From: Vermamoeba vermiformis
Lineage: Eukaryota
Assembly: GCA_045837725.1 (NCBI GenBank)
Contig: JBEWZL010000184.1
Location: 372,001-436,000 of the forward strand
Length of the DNA: 64,000 nt
Direction: 5' to 3'
Part shown: positions 29,403-42,287 of the stretch, in pieces
How positions within the stretch are numbered: position 1 is the first letter of the stretch
Layout of the letters: the number at the start of each line of letters is the position of its first letter
Program-made: the position numbers and the translations under genes
The notes under the pieces: model-generated
What the model was told of the DNA's origin: nothing
The model's database searches: none
Seen by the model: only the letters and a program-made list of their open reading frames with translations

Positions 29403-29723
29403 TGCGTCGATCCGTTGAGTTCAATTGAAAGTTGACAAAAAAAATAAAATTTCCAACGCAGGTTAAACACTTAAGGAAGATTGAGTATAATATGATTTAT
29501 CAGAATATTATGTTATTAAATTATGATAGGTGCTGGTCTGAATCGTTGTTTGGTTGATTTGGACGATAAACTCCAACAATAACCCCCCACTTCGGATCTG
29601 TACAGCCCAAAGGCTGCTTTTGCATGAACATGTATATTTGAATTAAATGTGGCGGTTCGATGGTGGTCAATGATTTTGCTTCATTGTTGTTTTACCAGGA
29701 CATTAGTTTTTTTGCTTAAATAG

Positions 29724-31012
29724 ATGGCGCACTTCAGGCCAATTTTTCGCGGTTTATTCGCGGTAAATAAGCCTGTCGGGCCTTCAAGTAATCAAGTAGT
29801 GCAGGTATGAGGATTGTTATTGCTGGATCTGTCGATTAAAATATGACCGTTAGAAACTCCGTCGTATTCTTGGCCCTGGAACTCAATGGAAAAAAATGAA
29901 AATTGGCCACGCTGGTACCTTAGGTAGATGCCATTATATTAATAGCATTGGTATAATTTTAAATAATATACTAATTATTTTATATATTTTAATTTTAGAT
30001 CCGCTTGCCTCAGGGGTTCTAGGTAATATTTATGGCTTAAATATAATATCCGTTCATCTAAATACAATATTCAAGCGCGGAACGTTGATTACAGCCAAAA
30101 GATTGTCCCAACACCACTCATAAATTTTATTACAGTCATCGGAGTTGGCCCTTCGTGTAAAGATTTGCACTTTTTACACACAAATGATAAAGCATACATC
30201 GCACGGGGGAAATTTGGATTTGAAACAGACACCCTAGACATGGACAAAGACGCGAAGATTGTCAAAAAAAGCGAGAACAAACCGACGAGTCGGAATCAGA
30301 TCGAAGCTGTTCTGCCTCAATTTTGCGGAAAAATTAAACAAATTCCGCCAGTGTACGTGCACACTACTTTTAAAACTAACGATCCGTCAAATTAGATCTT
30401 AATGGCAGATCCAATTTTGACACGTTTTCTTAGTATTCAAATACTGACCTTTACTTTAAGTTATTCCGCTGTTTGGTCAGAAGGTAAGAGATTGTACCAG
30501 CGAGCACGTAGCGGCGAAGAAGTGAAACCTGAACCACGTGACGTTGAAATTCATAAATTAGAACTGTTGGAGTTTAATCCCGACGAAGGCACTTTCCAAA
30601 TATGTAAGTGAGGATATTCGGCACTCAACATACAATATTTTGCGACAAATTTAATAAGTTTGTCGGCTCCAGAGCCAAACAATTTTAATACGGTTCGGAT
30701 CTGGTTTGTATGAGCATCTTACACCATCTTATTATACAAGATATGCTACCCCATCATATGTTAATGCGGCCATTAATTATAGATGTGCTAAGTGCTAAAG
30801 GAATGTACGTGCGGTCGTTGATTTCCGATATCGCTCGTTCACTGAATTCATGCGCGACAACAATCGAGCTAAAACGAGTACAACAAGGTGATTTTAAGAT
30901 TGACCAGTGTTTGAATGAGTCAGAATGGAATATTGAAAACATTAGGCGAACGATTGAAGAGCAACAAAAGAGTAATCCAAGCGTTATGAAATTAGAGAGC
31001 AACAATACATAG
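29724..31012 (+). CDS. TruB-family tRNA pseudouridine-55 synthase (TRUB1/Pus4-like)
   Basis: FAVNKPVGPSS, KIGHAGTLDPLASGVL, FETDTLD, QIPPVYSA, GKRLYQRAR, KGMYVRSL. Confidence 0.93.
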
Positions 31013-31241
31013 CCATAAATACAACTATTCAAGAACAATAGAGTACAAAGCGGATTATATCCTTTTTAAACCGAAAGCCTTTTCTTTAAGGTCAGGTAGC
31101 GGATAGATCTAGATCCGGTTACGAAACTTGAGTAGTGCAGAATAATCAACTTCCAATGGACTAATAGGTACGTTTATTTATACTACAAAATTGCTAGGTC
31201 ATCTTAGAATACAAAAAAGACTGCAGTCTAAAACTTTGGAT

Positions 31242-32406
31242 CTAATCATCAAACTGCGGTTCAATACCGGCAGGAATCCTATTAAATATATTTAAGATAT
31301 GCTAAAATAATCGCAAGTCGAATATATTTACCAACTAAGATCTTTCTTCCAATCTCGTTTACCGCCGTAATGATGCAGCAATGCTTCAGATCCGAGCAGC
31401 TCTTCAAGTTCTTCAGGTTTCTTAAATTCAATCTATAATGATAGACATGTTAGTATATATTGAAAAATATGCAATATTAACCTTACTCGTTTAATAATCT
31501 TTGACTTGAAAAGCACTTTAGCGAATTGCATAACCATTTTGACTACCCAACCACTATTAATGATGTAAATGTTCGTGATGCGGGTTGGAAACGTATCAGT
31601 AAGCGACGATCTATATTTAAAAATATTAGACTCTTGTTGTACTAAGAGATGAATTGCCGGATGTAACTTACGTCCATTCTCGCATTTTTGAACTCGTGTC
31701 AAAATTGCTGAGACCTGCGCCCTTCCAATCTTGAACGACTGTAATGCCTCTTCGGAATAAAGCAATTCTAAAATAGAAAAAAATAAGAAATTAAATCGGA
31801 CCCAGATCTAATCGTATCGTTAATTACTTCAAATTCAGAAATTTAATCTAATTTTTCGAAAATTAAGCTACTACTTACGGTTCATTTTCCATCATATTAT
31901 CAAATAGATGGTACATGTAAGCCGTCATTTGTTCTTTCGAGTACTTTTTCGGGTACCAAAATGCAACTTGAATGTAGAGCACTAATTGACCGTTCTTATC
32001 TGTATATCGAGGGAAGCAAATATGGCTACCTCCGCCAGCCATTTGTGGGTGCAGATCCGCCGCTGTTGCCGCTCTGCCTTCCAATCCGATCTCTTTGCGT
32101 AATTTCTGAGTTTGAACTTTGTTAGTAAACTACAGCATATAGTGTATTATCCATTTTACGTACTATGAAGCTTTGAATAGTTTGAACAGTGCGATCGACG
32201 TTGTGTTTGCGGCAGATCAAAAAAATTAAGCGTACTCGCTCGGATAACTCGAGTGCCTCAGGGACCTTGTTAATTTCTTCGAGCATCTAATATAAAATGT
32301 TAGGTAATTATTTCAATTAATGTCAAGTTTAACGTACTTGACGCTCCTCGTCAAAGATGTGGTTTGGATCGTGCATTGGAGTCAAAACAAATCGTTCGTC
32401 AGCCAT
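31242..32406 (-). CDS. CRAL-TRIO (Sec14-like) lipid-binding protein
   Basis: IFLICRKHNVDRT, DKNGQLVLYI, TFPTRITNIYIINSGWVV, LLHHYGG. Confidence 0.85.
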
Positions 32407-33435
32407 TCTTTTGCCGAAGTAAGTATGTATTGTATATTACTATCGTCAATGAGTAATTAATATACAGCAGAATCTTTTTGAAAAAGCACGATGAGACCCT
32501 TGGCTGAAATCTCGCCAACTGGCCGGTGACTTCTGTCCCTTCAGATATTATCTCTTCCAACAGCTTATCCGTGTTGCGAGGTATAATAGGCCTAAATCCA
32601 TACTGAACGGTTATAAATCATTTAAAATGAAACAGCCAAGCCAAAACAGAATCTGATGCGATCTTGGTCTTGGTACCCATTGATATGCTTTCCCACGAGC
32701 CATTGATCATTATTTTTTGTCAAATAGGTCATGGAATTACAGTGCTTCGGGACGAGAGCCGCTGCACCAGATCCGTAGATCGAGAATCTCTTTCTGAAGG
32801 TCCGGCGTGTAGCTTTCTCGATACTTAGAGTGACTATCGCATTAATACCGGTAATTATGCTATAGACTGCAATATTGCCTTTCTTATTGTTCAAGAAGCC
32901 ACAAAAAAAAGAATTCGAACGTTTGCTTGTCACCATTTTCATAGGTGATTTTAACGGAGCCAACGTATATTTGAGGCTACGATTATTGATATTATAATTA
33001 TAGGTGCCTTCTTCTGATCAATAGCACCGTCGATCAATAAGTAGTATGATGGCGTTGTGCGGTGGAAGACTCAAGATCTGCAAGTTTTGACGCGAATCAA
33101 AAAAAGTGTAATCCGAACTGGTGCTGAGCTAGAACCAAAAGAGCTAAGAGCTGATAAGCAAAGGTATGTTTAATCCATGAGACTATTAATAGCCCGAAAT
33201 TAATCTGGATTAAATCACGTTCGATTAGTAATACCGGAAACTTCCTTCAAATATTTTTTGGTAAACTTTATAAGCTAAATGAACGATTGCTAATGTAGTA
33301 GTGATCATTTTTTTAGTGATTCCGCAATTTTTAATTCCGAATTTTACACGTTGACGCTCCGACAGAGATATTTTTAGCAATTTCATGAAAAGTTTATTTA
33401 TTTAGCCGTGTTCCAATGTCAATACCACAACCACA

Positions 33436-36400
33436 ATGCGAAGTATTGTCTATTTGGTGTTATTGATATTTATTATTTCTGAGGCTAAAGGATCCACCGG
33501 TATATTTTGCTGCATCCTATTTATTGCTTGATTTTGATTCTAACCTAATTTTTTAGGATTTATCGATGGCGTTTATCCAGATTTGATGGGTGATAATTCT
33601 CCGTTTCGAGGGCGAAACAGTTCATTCACTTTCGCCGATCCGGTTAATGTCCCGGATAATGTGTATAACCTCTATTCGACTGCTGCTCATAGTGATATGG
33701 TTATTCAACAACTTGCAAAAGGTCTTGATGGCATGCCTTCAAATCCAAATATAACTTTATTAGCGAACAGTGGAATCAACAAGCCGACGGATGGTAAACA
33801 AAATTAAATCCAAAAGCTGCAATTCTAATTTAATATTTTAAAGCTAATTTATACACTTCCATCGGAATATCCATGCCCAATAACAACGCCTACATAATTT
33901 CCAGTATTGATACTGGGATAGCGATCTACTTTTGTGGACCTTCAGCTGATCCAAACACGACGCCAATGATTTTACATGACTGGGACTATATTTATTGGAA
34001 CGATACCGTATTAAATACATACGGCACATTTCCAAACGACACAATCAACAACCAGATCGTTTCCCTGGCGAGATCGACCAGCGCAACAGGCAGTGAGGTT
34101 ATTATAGGAGTGCTCTATAATACCGAGAAGTTTATCTTCAGAGCTCTGCTAATGCATGGTAAGTATTCGTAAATTGATTAAACGCATCTAACATTGTTTC
34201 ATCAATTTTCAGTGGATTTCGGTGTCGGCTACACTGGTATGGCAAATGTGTTATTCCCTGCGCCAAATATGGTTATTGCAAGACCTGCATTAGTAGCCTA
34301 TCCAGAAAGAGGAGTTAATACGTACATCTTTGCTTACGCGTATCAAACTGGCGCAGTTAGTTGGAGTTTATTGATCCAGACCATCAACGATACCCTTCAG
34401 CTTACCAACATCACTGAATATGCTTTACCTGCGACAAATAGACCTGTTGATATCGATATGGCATACATTGGTAAAAATAGAACCGATTTATTGCAACTTT
34501 TGATCCAAAAATTGAATTAGAACAAGCTTTTCATTTTTGATCTTCTTTAAAAAAATATTGCAATATTTAATTCATAACTTTGCAAAACTGAATCGTTTCA
34601 TTACTTAAGATTTCGGAACGAATTTTTGATTTATTTTTCCTTTTTAGGAAGTGATACTGCTGCAATCACGTACCAGATCATTAACGCGACTCATGCATCT
34701 GTCCGACAATTGATAATTAATGCTTATGGCCAACAAATTCTATCAGACGACGAACTTGCGGAAGTTGCCGACACATCTGTAACTTATGTTTTCGCCGCCA
34801 ATGTCATACCTGATGGCAAATTAATAACCCTATGGTCGAAAAGCTCGGATACAACAATATTCAATGGCCGTATGGTCGATTTCAATGGTAACACCAATTT
34901 ACCAACGATCGATTTTGTGGTGCCAGCAGCGGATCCAACTCAAGCCATAGCGCGACTGATTGTAGCTCCATTTTCATCGGATTCATTTGCAGTCACTCAA
35001 GCATACGTTAATGCCAACTACGCATCGTTCACGAATTACTACACGATGTCCTTCTGTGCCGACGAATCCGGGAACAAGACTTTGACCGATTGTATCACCA
35101 GCCACTATGGTTGTAGATGCCTATGCAACACAAATAAGGGTTGGCATGATGCTGGCGATGGCACTTGCAAAACAGGTAATGAAAAGAAAACTAAATCTAC
35201 ATCCGGATCTTTTCAAAGGTTTCTTCGCGTCTTTTTCATATGACTAATCAAATTTTATATATAAATAGTCTGCGGCGATAACATAGTAGCCGGCAATGAG
35301 ACGTGTGATAACACTGCCGACCCCAATTGCATCTCATGTACTTGCGCACAAGATCTGGTTTGGAGCACGACACGTAAGTCAAATTGTTATTATACAAACA
35401 TAGTCGTGATATTTTTACCAAAAATTAGCAAGTTTATTCGAAAATTTATGTCACTATGATGATTATATTTCATCGCGGTTAAGTGTCGGATCTCGACCAT
35501 TGCTGCTGTATATCGCGGCCACCTAAAACACTCTATACACGTATTTATACAGATGGCCACACCAGCATTGTATTTTACTATATGCAGCCTTTATTGTGTG
35601 CTTTATTAGGGCGCGAGATTGATCGAGATTCGGCACTTTAGCGTGATTCAAAAGTTGCGAAAAAATGATTGATTATTAAATCACCTTGCTTTATAGAGTT
35701 ACTTTGTGTGTCTCCAAGTGCAGTCACTCCAAGCGCGGATAATCCCACACCTTCTGGAGCACCTTCCGGAGCAGCTACTGGTGCACCCTCCGCAGTACCC
35801 TCTGGAGGATCTGGCTGGAGCTACGACTACATTGCCGCAATTGTCTTATGTCCAGTCGCTGCTGGTGCCGCGATATTTTTGGGCGTTTATTTTGGCAAGA
35901 AACGAAAATCCGGTCAAAAGAAGTCAAAGGACAAGTCAGATGGCGATCAGCAACCGCAAGAACTTTTGAGCGATAAAGAACCCGGCAGCACCACTATTGG
36001 TGATTCTGCATATGGACAGATCGGAATACCTGCCGGTAGTTACGGAGCTATTCCGAAAGTGGAAGAAATTGAAATGCAAAGCGAAGTCGGTGCAAAAAAT
36101 AGCAGCAACAAATCTCAAGCTGATAAATTGAACGTGCCTTATGCCGAGCTGAAATTCATCACTGAGATTGGTGCTGGAGCTTACGGCAAAGTCTTCATTG
36201 GAGGTACGTACTTTTGGCTTGACTTTCCATATTTGGTAATGGCTTTCTGACCAATCATTTGCAGAGTGGCAACGTGTCAAAGTGGCGCTGAAGATTAATA
36301 CTTCCGCGACTGGAGCTGACTTTGAACGAGAGGCCAAGTTGATGGTGTAAGTACTGTTGTTGCACGGGGAATTTTTTTTACTGCGAGAGTGTCAATCTCG

Positions 36401-37616
36401 ACCAATGCCCTGCCATATGCAAGAGTAATCCATACCCCTAATTGCCATTATTATGGCCCCTTGGGTCCAGCTATATGATTACCGTATATGGAAGGTCCAC
36501 GTGACCATAGTGTGGAGCAACAATGGTCGAGATCCATCACTCCGCAGCAAAGCGGATCCATTTTTACCATCTTGCTATAATACAATATTATGGCCATTCT
36601 ACTTCATGATTACAATATAGTATATGTTTTTGCCTCTCCGATAACGCTAACGTTTGTTGGTGTAGTGAACTTCGACCACATCCGAACGTTGTTCAAATGC
36701 TCGGAGTGTCCTCCGACGGGCCCTATCCAGTCATGATCCTCGAGTACTGTGACGGTGGTAGTTTAGACTCAAAGCTGTTTGATATGAGCAAAGTATGGAC
36801 TGTTGCGGATCAACTCCGAACTGTCACTGGCATCGCTAAGGGCTTGTACCATTTGCACAAGAACCAAATTATTCATCGAGATATTTCAGCGCGGAATATT
36901 TTGATGAATTTCAATCAGCCCAAGATCTCCGATTTTGGCATGTCGAGGTTCGTTGCCGATACCAAAAAAGGAAGTACGACCAAATCGAACATTGGTCCTA
37001 TTCGATGGATGGCCCCAGAATCACTCAAAAATCAATCTTATAGCACAAAGTAAGTTATTATATACGAGAATAATAGTTGCCAATTTTTTTTCTCGAGATC
37101 CGGTTGAAGTGTGCACGGACCACTTTCGGTCATTTTTTCTCGCTGCCCAAACATTTTATATTTACAACTTTATTATAAATCTACTGTCGTTGGGTAGCTC
37201 TAAAGTATATCCAAACGAAACATGAATACACCACTATGACGTGGACTACTAATCGTCGAGATTGGGGTGCAAAAACGGATCTGTTTTTAAACTACTCGAT
37301 ACAGATCCGTTTAGAAACGATATTAGTTTTTCGCTTCATTAGGTTATTAATGTTTATATGCAGGTCTGATGTTTGGACGTTTGGCTTGGTCATTTACGAA
37401 ATTGTTGCAAGAAAAGAACCGCACGAGGAGGCAGATCAAATCGCGATTGGTGTTCAAATCAGAGATCGAGGAGCCACGCCTGAGATACCTGAAGGATGCG
37501 ACCCGTGCTTGAAAGAGATTATGCAAAAGTGCTGGCAGATGGATCCAGAGAAAAGACCTACAATGGAAGATATTTGCGACATTTTGGATAATTATTTGGA
37601 GGCTAACAAATTGTAA
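33436..37616 (+). CDS. Single-pass receptor tyrosine kinase with Cys-rich ectodomain
   Basis: Signal peptide MRSIVYLVLLIFII; Cys-rich repeat VCGDNIVAGNETCD; TM IAAIVLCPVAAGAAIFLGVYF then KKRK; GAGAYGKV, HRDISARN, GPIRWMAPE, SDVWTFG. Confidence 0.9.
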
Positions 37617-38540
37617 AATAAAATCAACGATTAACATTTCAATACAAAAGCGCGTATTATACTGCGTAAATGACAATTTGCAGTTTTATCGCAACCTCAA
37701 CAACTTTTCTAAGCGAATCCGGTACTTTATTGTTAGTCAATCCTTGTTACATCCAAGCTATTAAATGATGCGAAAGTTATCAATGACTAAGTGGTCCATC
37801 TCTTTTGTAGTCATCGCAGGAATACCATAGAAGTCAAAGGGATTGAAGAAGTCTATCGAATGCAATCTTCTGCGAACTTTGGCGTAGCGTTCGTTACACG
37901 TTGTTTTTTTAATGCCTGTGGTCATTTGCTCTCTTGATCCAACGATTTGTATGACTAATTTAACTAACTTTCCGGCCGGAAAAAAACACCAGCACATTTT
38001 TGCAGATCCAGAGAAAAGACCTACAATGCGACATTTTGCTCAGCTATTTGGAGACTAACAAATTGTAAATAGAATCAACAATTAACATTCAAGACAATAG
38101 GTCATTTAAGCGTATTACAGTGTTATCGCAACCTTAACAACATTTCTCCGAGAATCCTGTACGAGCAATCCTGGTTACATCCAAGCTATTGTAATTAAAT
38201 AATGCTAAAGTTATCAATGACTAAGCGGTTGAATTTACTTCTCCTTCTACATCCACACCAATCTAGATTCTTCTGAATGTAGCAGTGCCATCTTCGATTC
38301 TTTTGTACATTCGGCAAAGTTGTTTGTCCATCTCTTTTCTGGTCATCGCAGGAATACCATAGAAGCCAAAATTGGGATTGAAAAAGTCTACCGAATGCAA
38401 TCTTCTGCGAACTTTGGCGTAGCGTGCGTCACCTGTTTTTTTAACACCTGTGGTCATTTCTCGCTTGATCCAACGATTTGTATGACTAATTTAACTAACT
38501 TTCTGGCCAGGAAAAAAACAACCAAGCGCATTTTTGCAGA
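37535..38540. repeat. Imperfect tandem duplication (about 465 and 540 bp units)
   Basis: GATCCAGAGAAAAGACCTACAATG at 37542 and about 38005; GGTCATT...GATCCAACGATTTGTATGACTAATTTAACTAACTT in both units. Confidence 0.92.
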
Positions 38541-38575
38541 GGAGCGCGAGACTTATTTGTGGATGCAGATTGCAT
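38263..38575 (-). CDS. Hypothetical small basic protein (intact copy of the duplicated segment)
   Basis: ORF ...MTTGVKKTGDARYAKVRRRLHSVDFF...FRRI; a deleted copy lies at 37761-37997. No recognised domain. Confidence 0.35.
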
Positions 38576-38753
38576 TCTTGTTTTGTCTGTAGAGGTTCAA
38601 ATTGTTTTAAAATACCAATTGTTTTACTATTTACATCGACTTATCGTTCAATATTACAAATCTTCTCTATACAGAATTCACAGTTAGTTCTTTTTTTGCA
38701 CATCCGAAAAGCGGACTTTTGCCGCTTAATTTTTTCCTTTTGTTGATATTATT

Positions 38754-41700
38754 TTATACTAAGGCAGCGATAATATTCTCGTTTCTACCTAGTATTGGTC
38801 TTCTAGCTATTTTTTTCGGTCGTTCGTCTTCACTCATTCCTTCTTCATATTCGCTGTCCTCCCTGGATCTCTTGCGGCCGAGGATGCCAATAGCTTCATG
38901 TTCATCGCTCACAGAGGCACTCATTTCATCGTCCTCGTCGGCCTCGTCATCGTCGCTCATTAAATGTTGATTTTTGTTGTGATCCAAGTGATGGCTGTCG
39001 CCGCTCCAGTCACTGTTGACAGCGTCACTTTCTTCTTTGATTGCGTGATCAGAATCAATGAACGAGCTGTTCAAACTGCGTCCTTCTTCTTTTTCTAGCA
39101 GGTGATAAAACTCGAGCTATAATAAAAAAGATCGTATCTTAGTACAAGATTTGTTTTTGGTGATCGGATTTAGTTCATGAAATTTAGGAAAATCTCGACG
39201 ACGAGATAGTATAGTCACACGAATATATGTAGAATACTTACTCCTCGTGATGATAAGCTCCAAATTCCCTTCACTCCCGGCAGCTCCTTGGATTCTTTTT
39301 GGAAGATCGGCTGCGAGGCGGAATTGTTTGATAAACTTGCTTGAATAGCTCGCTTAATGTTAGCTGCATAAGGAGAGCCATCTCGACGACGGAGTTGATC
39401 CCAGCGCTGCAAAAAAATATCAGGGTTAGTTCATGAAAAAGGATCTGGATCCGGATCGCTTTTCCGAATCTTGATTCGATTTGTTAATTATTGCGCGGAC
39501 TTACTTGAGATACATATTCATTGACCAGTTCAAAATCGCAGCGGTGGCCTTGGCTTACTCCGATAGCTCTAATGATAAGTTTTTGAAGATCCGTCAGAGT
39601 TCCGAGATCTAATCCGTTTTTGTGGTCGGGTTGGGGAATCTACAATATAAACGACATTAATTAAGATATTTTGGTCGTATCATAAATCGGAGAAATCACT
39701 CTTTCATTAACGGGATCGACGAAATTACCTCCGGCAAACTCGTGTAATTCTTTAATGGATTATACGCGGCCATTTTCCAGTGTCCTTCGTTCTTAGAGTC
39801 CCTCTAGTATAATATAATATTATTAGTCATCGTTTTGAAATGTTGCAAGCGAGATCTTCTCTGAATCGACGTACCATGAACAGCGGATGTGAGTAAAGAT
39901 TTTTAGATAAGGAAGCTAATATAGCTCGTCGACAGTCATTAGTCTTAGGCTGGCCGTCTTTGCCTCTAATTTTAGTCCAGTTCTGAATCAAAGATATTAA
40001 TTAGAACTCCGAAAATATTGTTGAAACATGCGGGGTGGCGCGTACCTTGAGAACGTATTCATGAATAGAATTGAAGTGGCTGCTGCCGCCATCGACTATA
40101 ATCACCTCAGATATGAGTCCTAGTGTCAATGAATATAAAAGTTAATAAAAATCTGGTGCGCAATCGCGTGACAGGTGTCATAATATGTCAGCAACAAATA
40201 AGTGGCTGCAGACACGTGCTAGAAATTTACATACTTTGCAGATCTGTAAGCGAGTTAATATCGTCTTCTACGACGTCCTGCGTGTGGCCAATCAAAACGT
40301 CAGATCCTCGAAGATCAGCATCGCCGTCCAAAGGATCTGACGAATTCGATTCATGCGAGTTCTCTGCATGGGCTCGTGCGCTTTGGGAAATCTACCAATT
40401 AAGGTTTAGTTAGAATTCCACGGTAATAACTAAACGCGGGTTTGATTCTCCGACAGGCTGTAAAATTGATTTTACGCCCATCAGGAGCCTCGTAATAGCA
40501 CATACTATGGCTAAATATGGAATGTATGTGTTAATACTTACGCGTTCAACATCTTCTGCAGTACACAGGGACCACAACCTTTGATTGTTTGCATCCGCCT
40601 GGTTGATCGTTTAGAAAAAGTTGTGATTCACCAGGGTGATATTGCAACTTTACATTACCTTAAACAAGGGCAAGTCATTTACTCTGGACCTAAGTGATAG
40701 TTGGACAGCTTTTTTCATATCATTACTTGGAAGACTGTCTCGGCTTCGGATCGAGAGCCAGATCTAAGACAGAATTGTTAGTATTGGAGCAAACTCGCCA
40801 TCATGTTATTGTGAGGGTGCATAATCGTTAATCTTTGAGTGCTAAATGCTCATTGCCCGACGTAATTCAGAAATAAAAATTGGAGATCTACACCAGGCAC
40901 ATAAGTAACGATAAATCTGACAGAAATGGGGTGCGGAATGCTTGGAGTAGCTTATATACGATATAGTGAAGCAAATGGTAAGATGGTACCTCAATCACTT
41001 GCTCACAAAGTCATAATAAGCAAGTCCGTTATTTCCGCACCCCGAAACATCAGATCGGCAATGGATAATGTCAAATATATAAAAATAGTCAAGGACTTAG
41101 CATGAAGCAGCAAAGTGCTGTTTTTTCAATAAAATCGATTCCCGAATAACGGATTCTGGAAGGTCGGCAAAAAGCGGATGCTTGAAAACTCGAGCTCACG
41201 CGATTTCACCGTCATCTTTCCTTGTTAATAGCAGAATATATGTCATCAATATGAAGATTTCCTTGCTTTGAAATGCCAATCGCCTCGGTTAGTGCTCCTG
41301 GGAATAGATGGGTTAACAAAAAAGGCTAGAAAGATGTCTCGCGACAGGTATTGAAGAAGGTGCGCATCATTTATCATATAATGGGTAATGTAAGGTAATT
41401 TGATCGTTGAGGGGATGCACGTCTTGAAGCTTCTAACACCTTCTTTCCGTAAAAGGAAAGGACCGCAGATCCCAAGCCAATATTCAAATTCCACTCGTTA
41501 TTTTGCTCGAATTCAATTGTAACAGAGCTAAAATATGCTATTGATAGGTACATACCTTGAAGTAATGTCAAACTATTTTTTTCTAAGCGACCGGCTGCTT
41601 CAAGAGGATGGATGTAGGTCGAATTACTCGTCTAATTCAATAAATGCTCGGTTTAGTATTGATTATTCGATTGAGCAGCATATGATCGCCATAGAATGCT

Positions 41701-41884
41701 GAACGGAGTTCGTAACAGAGTTTCTCCTTCGTAACATCTACTCGGTCTCCTGAAGACTTACCAATACAATGCTGTTTTTACGCTCAACAACGGGCGGAAT
41801 GACATAGATTGAGTATTTGGGTGCTCCGTTGGCTGATACTGTTTGAGGTAAGCTCTTTACTGGCTTAGCTTTAATACGAACCAT
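38754..41884 (-). CDS. Nuclear protein with three tandem winged-helix-like (forkhead/H15/HARE-HTH-like) repeats and an acidic tail
   Basis: Three alignable units starting SLTLLQGALTEAI, SLTDLQRLISEVI, TLTDLQKLIIRAI, each with W..IR.+D...++A+..SL...P+F...W and a shared intron position. NLS-like RKR and RPKK. Confidence 0.75.
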
Positions 41885-42287
41885 TTTGCTGATTCACGAT
41901 CCAATTTATTGGTGGTGGGAAAAAGGCGAGTTGTTGCCTCCTGTTCGTGTACAAATAAATTAATTGTTGTTCACGTTTTGTGCAACCACCTTCTTCACGG
42001 CGAAATGAAGTAAAGTTGATAAAATTTTTCCTAATAAGTAGATTCGCGAACGTGACAGGGTCAGGCAGTTATACCTTCTCGTAGCTTGGTGAGTAAGAAT
42101 ATTTTTACGCTTACAGTACCTTAAATGTTACTCGTCGTGCTAGAATTTCGGTGACATCTGCTCGCCTTGTAGCGATAACTTTTGCTGGCCTCGTAGTTGA
42201 TTCAAACAGCAAACTAAACCAAAATCTTGCATGTTAAAGCGAAATGTTAGTTTATGTACATTAGGACGTGAGCTTTAGACGGTGTTT

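Noticed and set aside
40851-41063. Assignment as RNase P/MRP, SRP RNA, U1/U11 or TPP riboswitch
   Set aside because: Stems are nested without the P4 pseudoknot order, and diagnostic motifs are missing; kept only as an unidentified structure.
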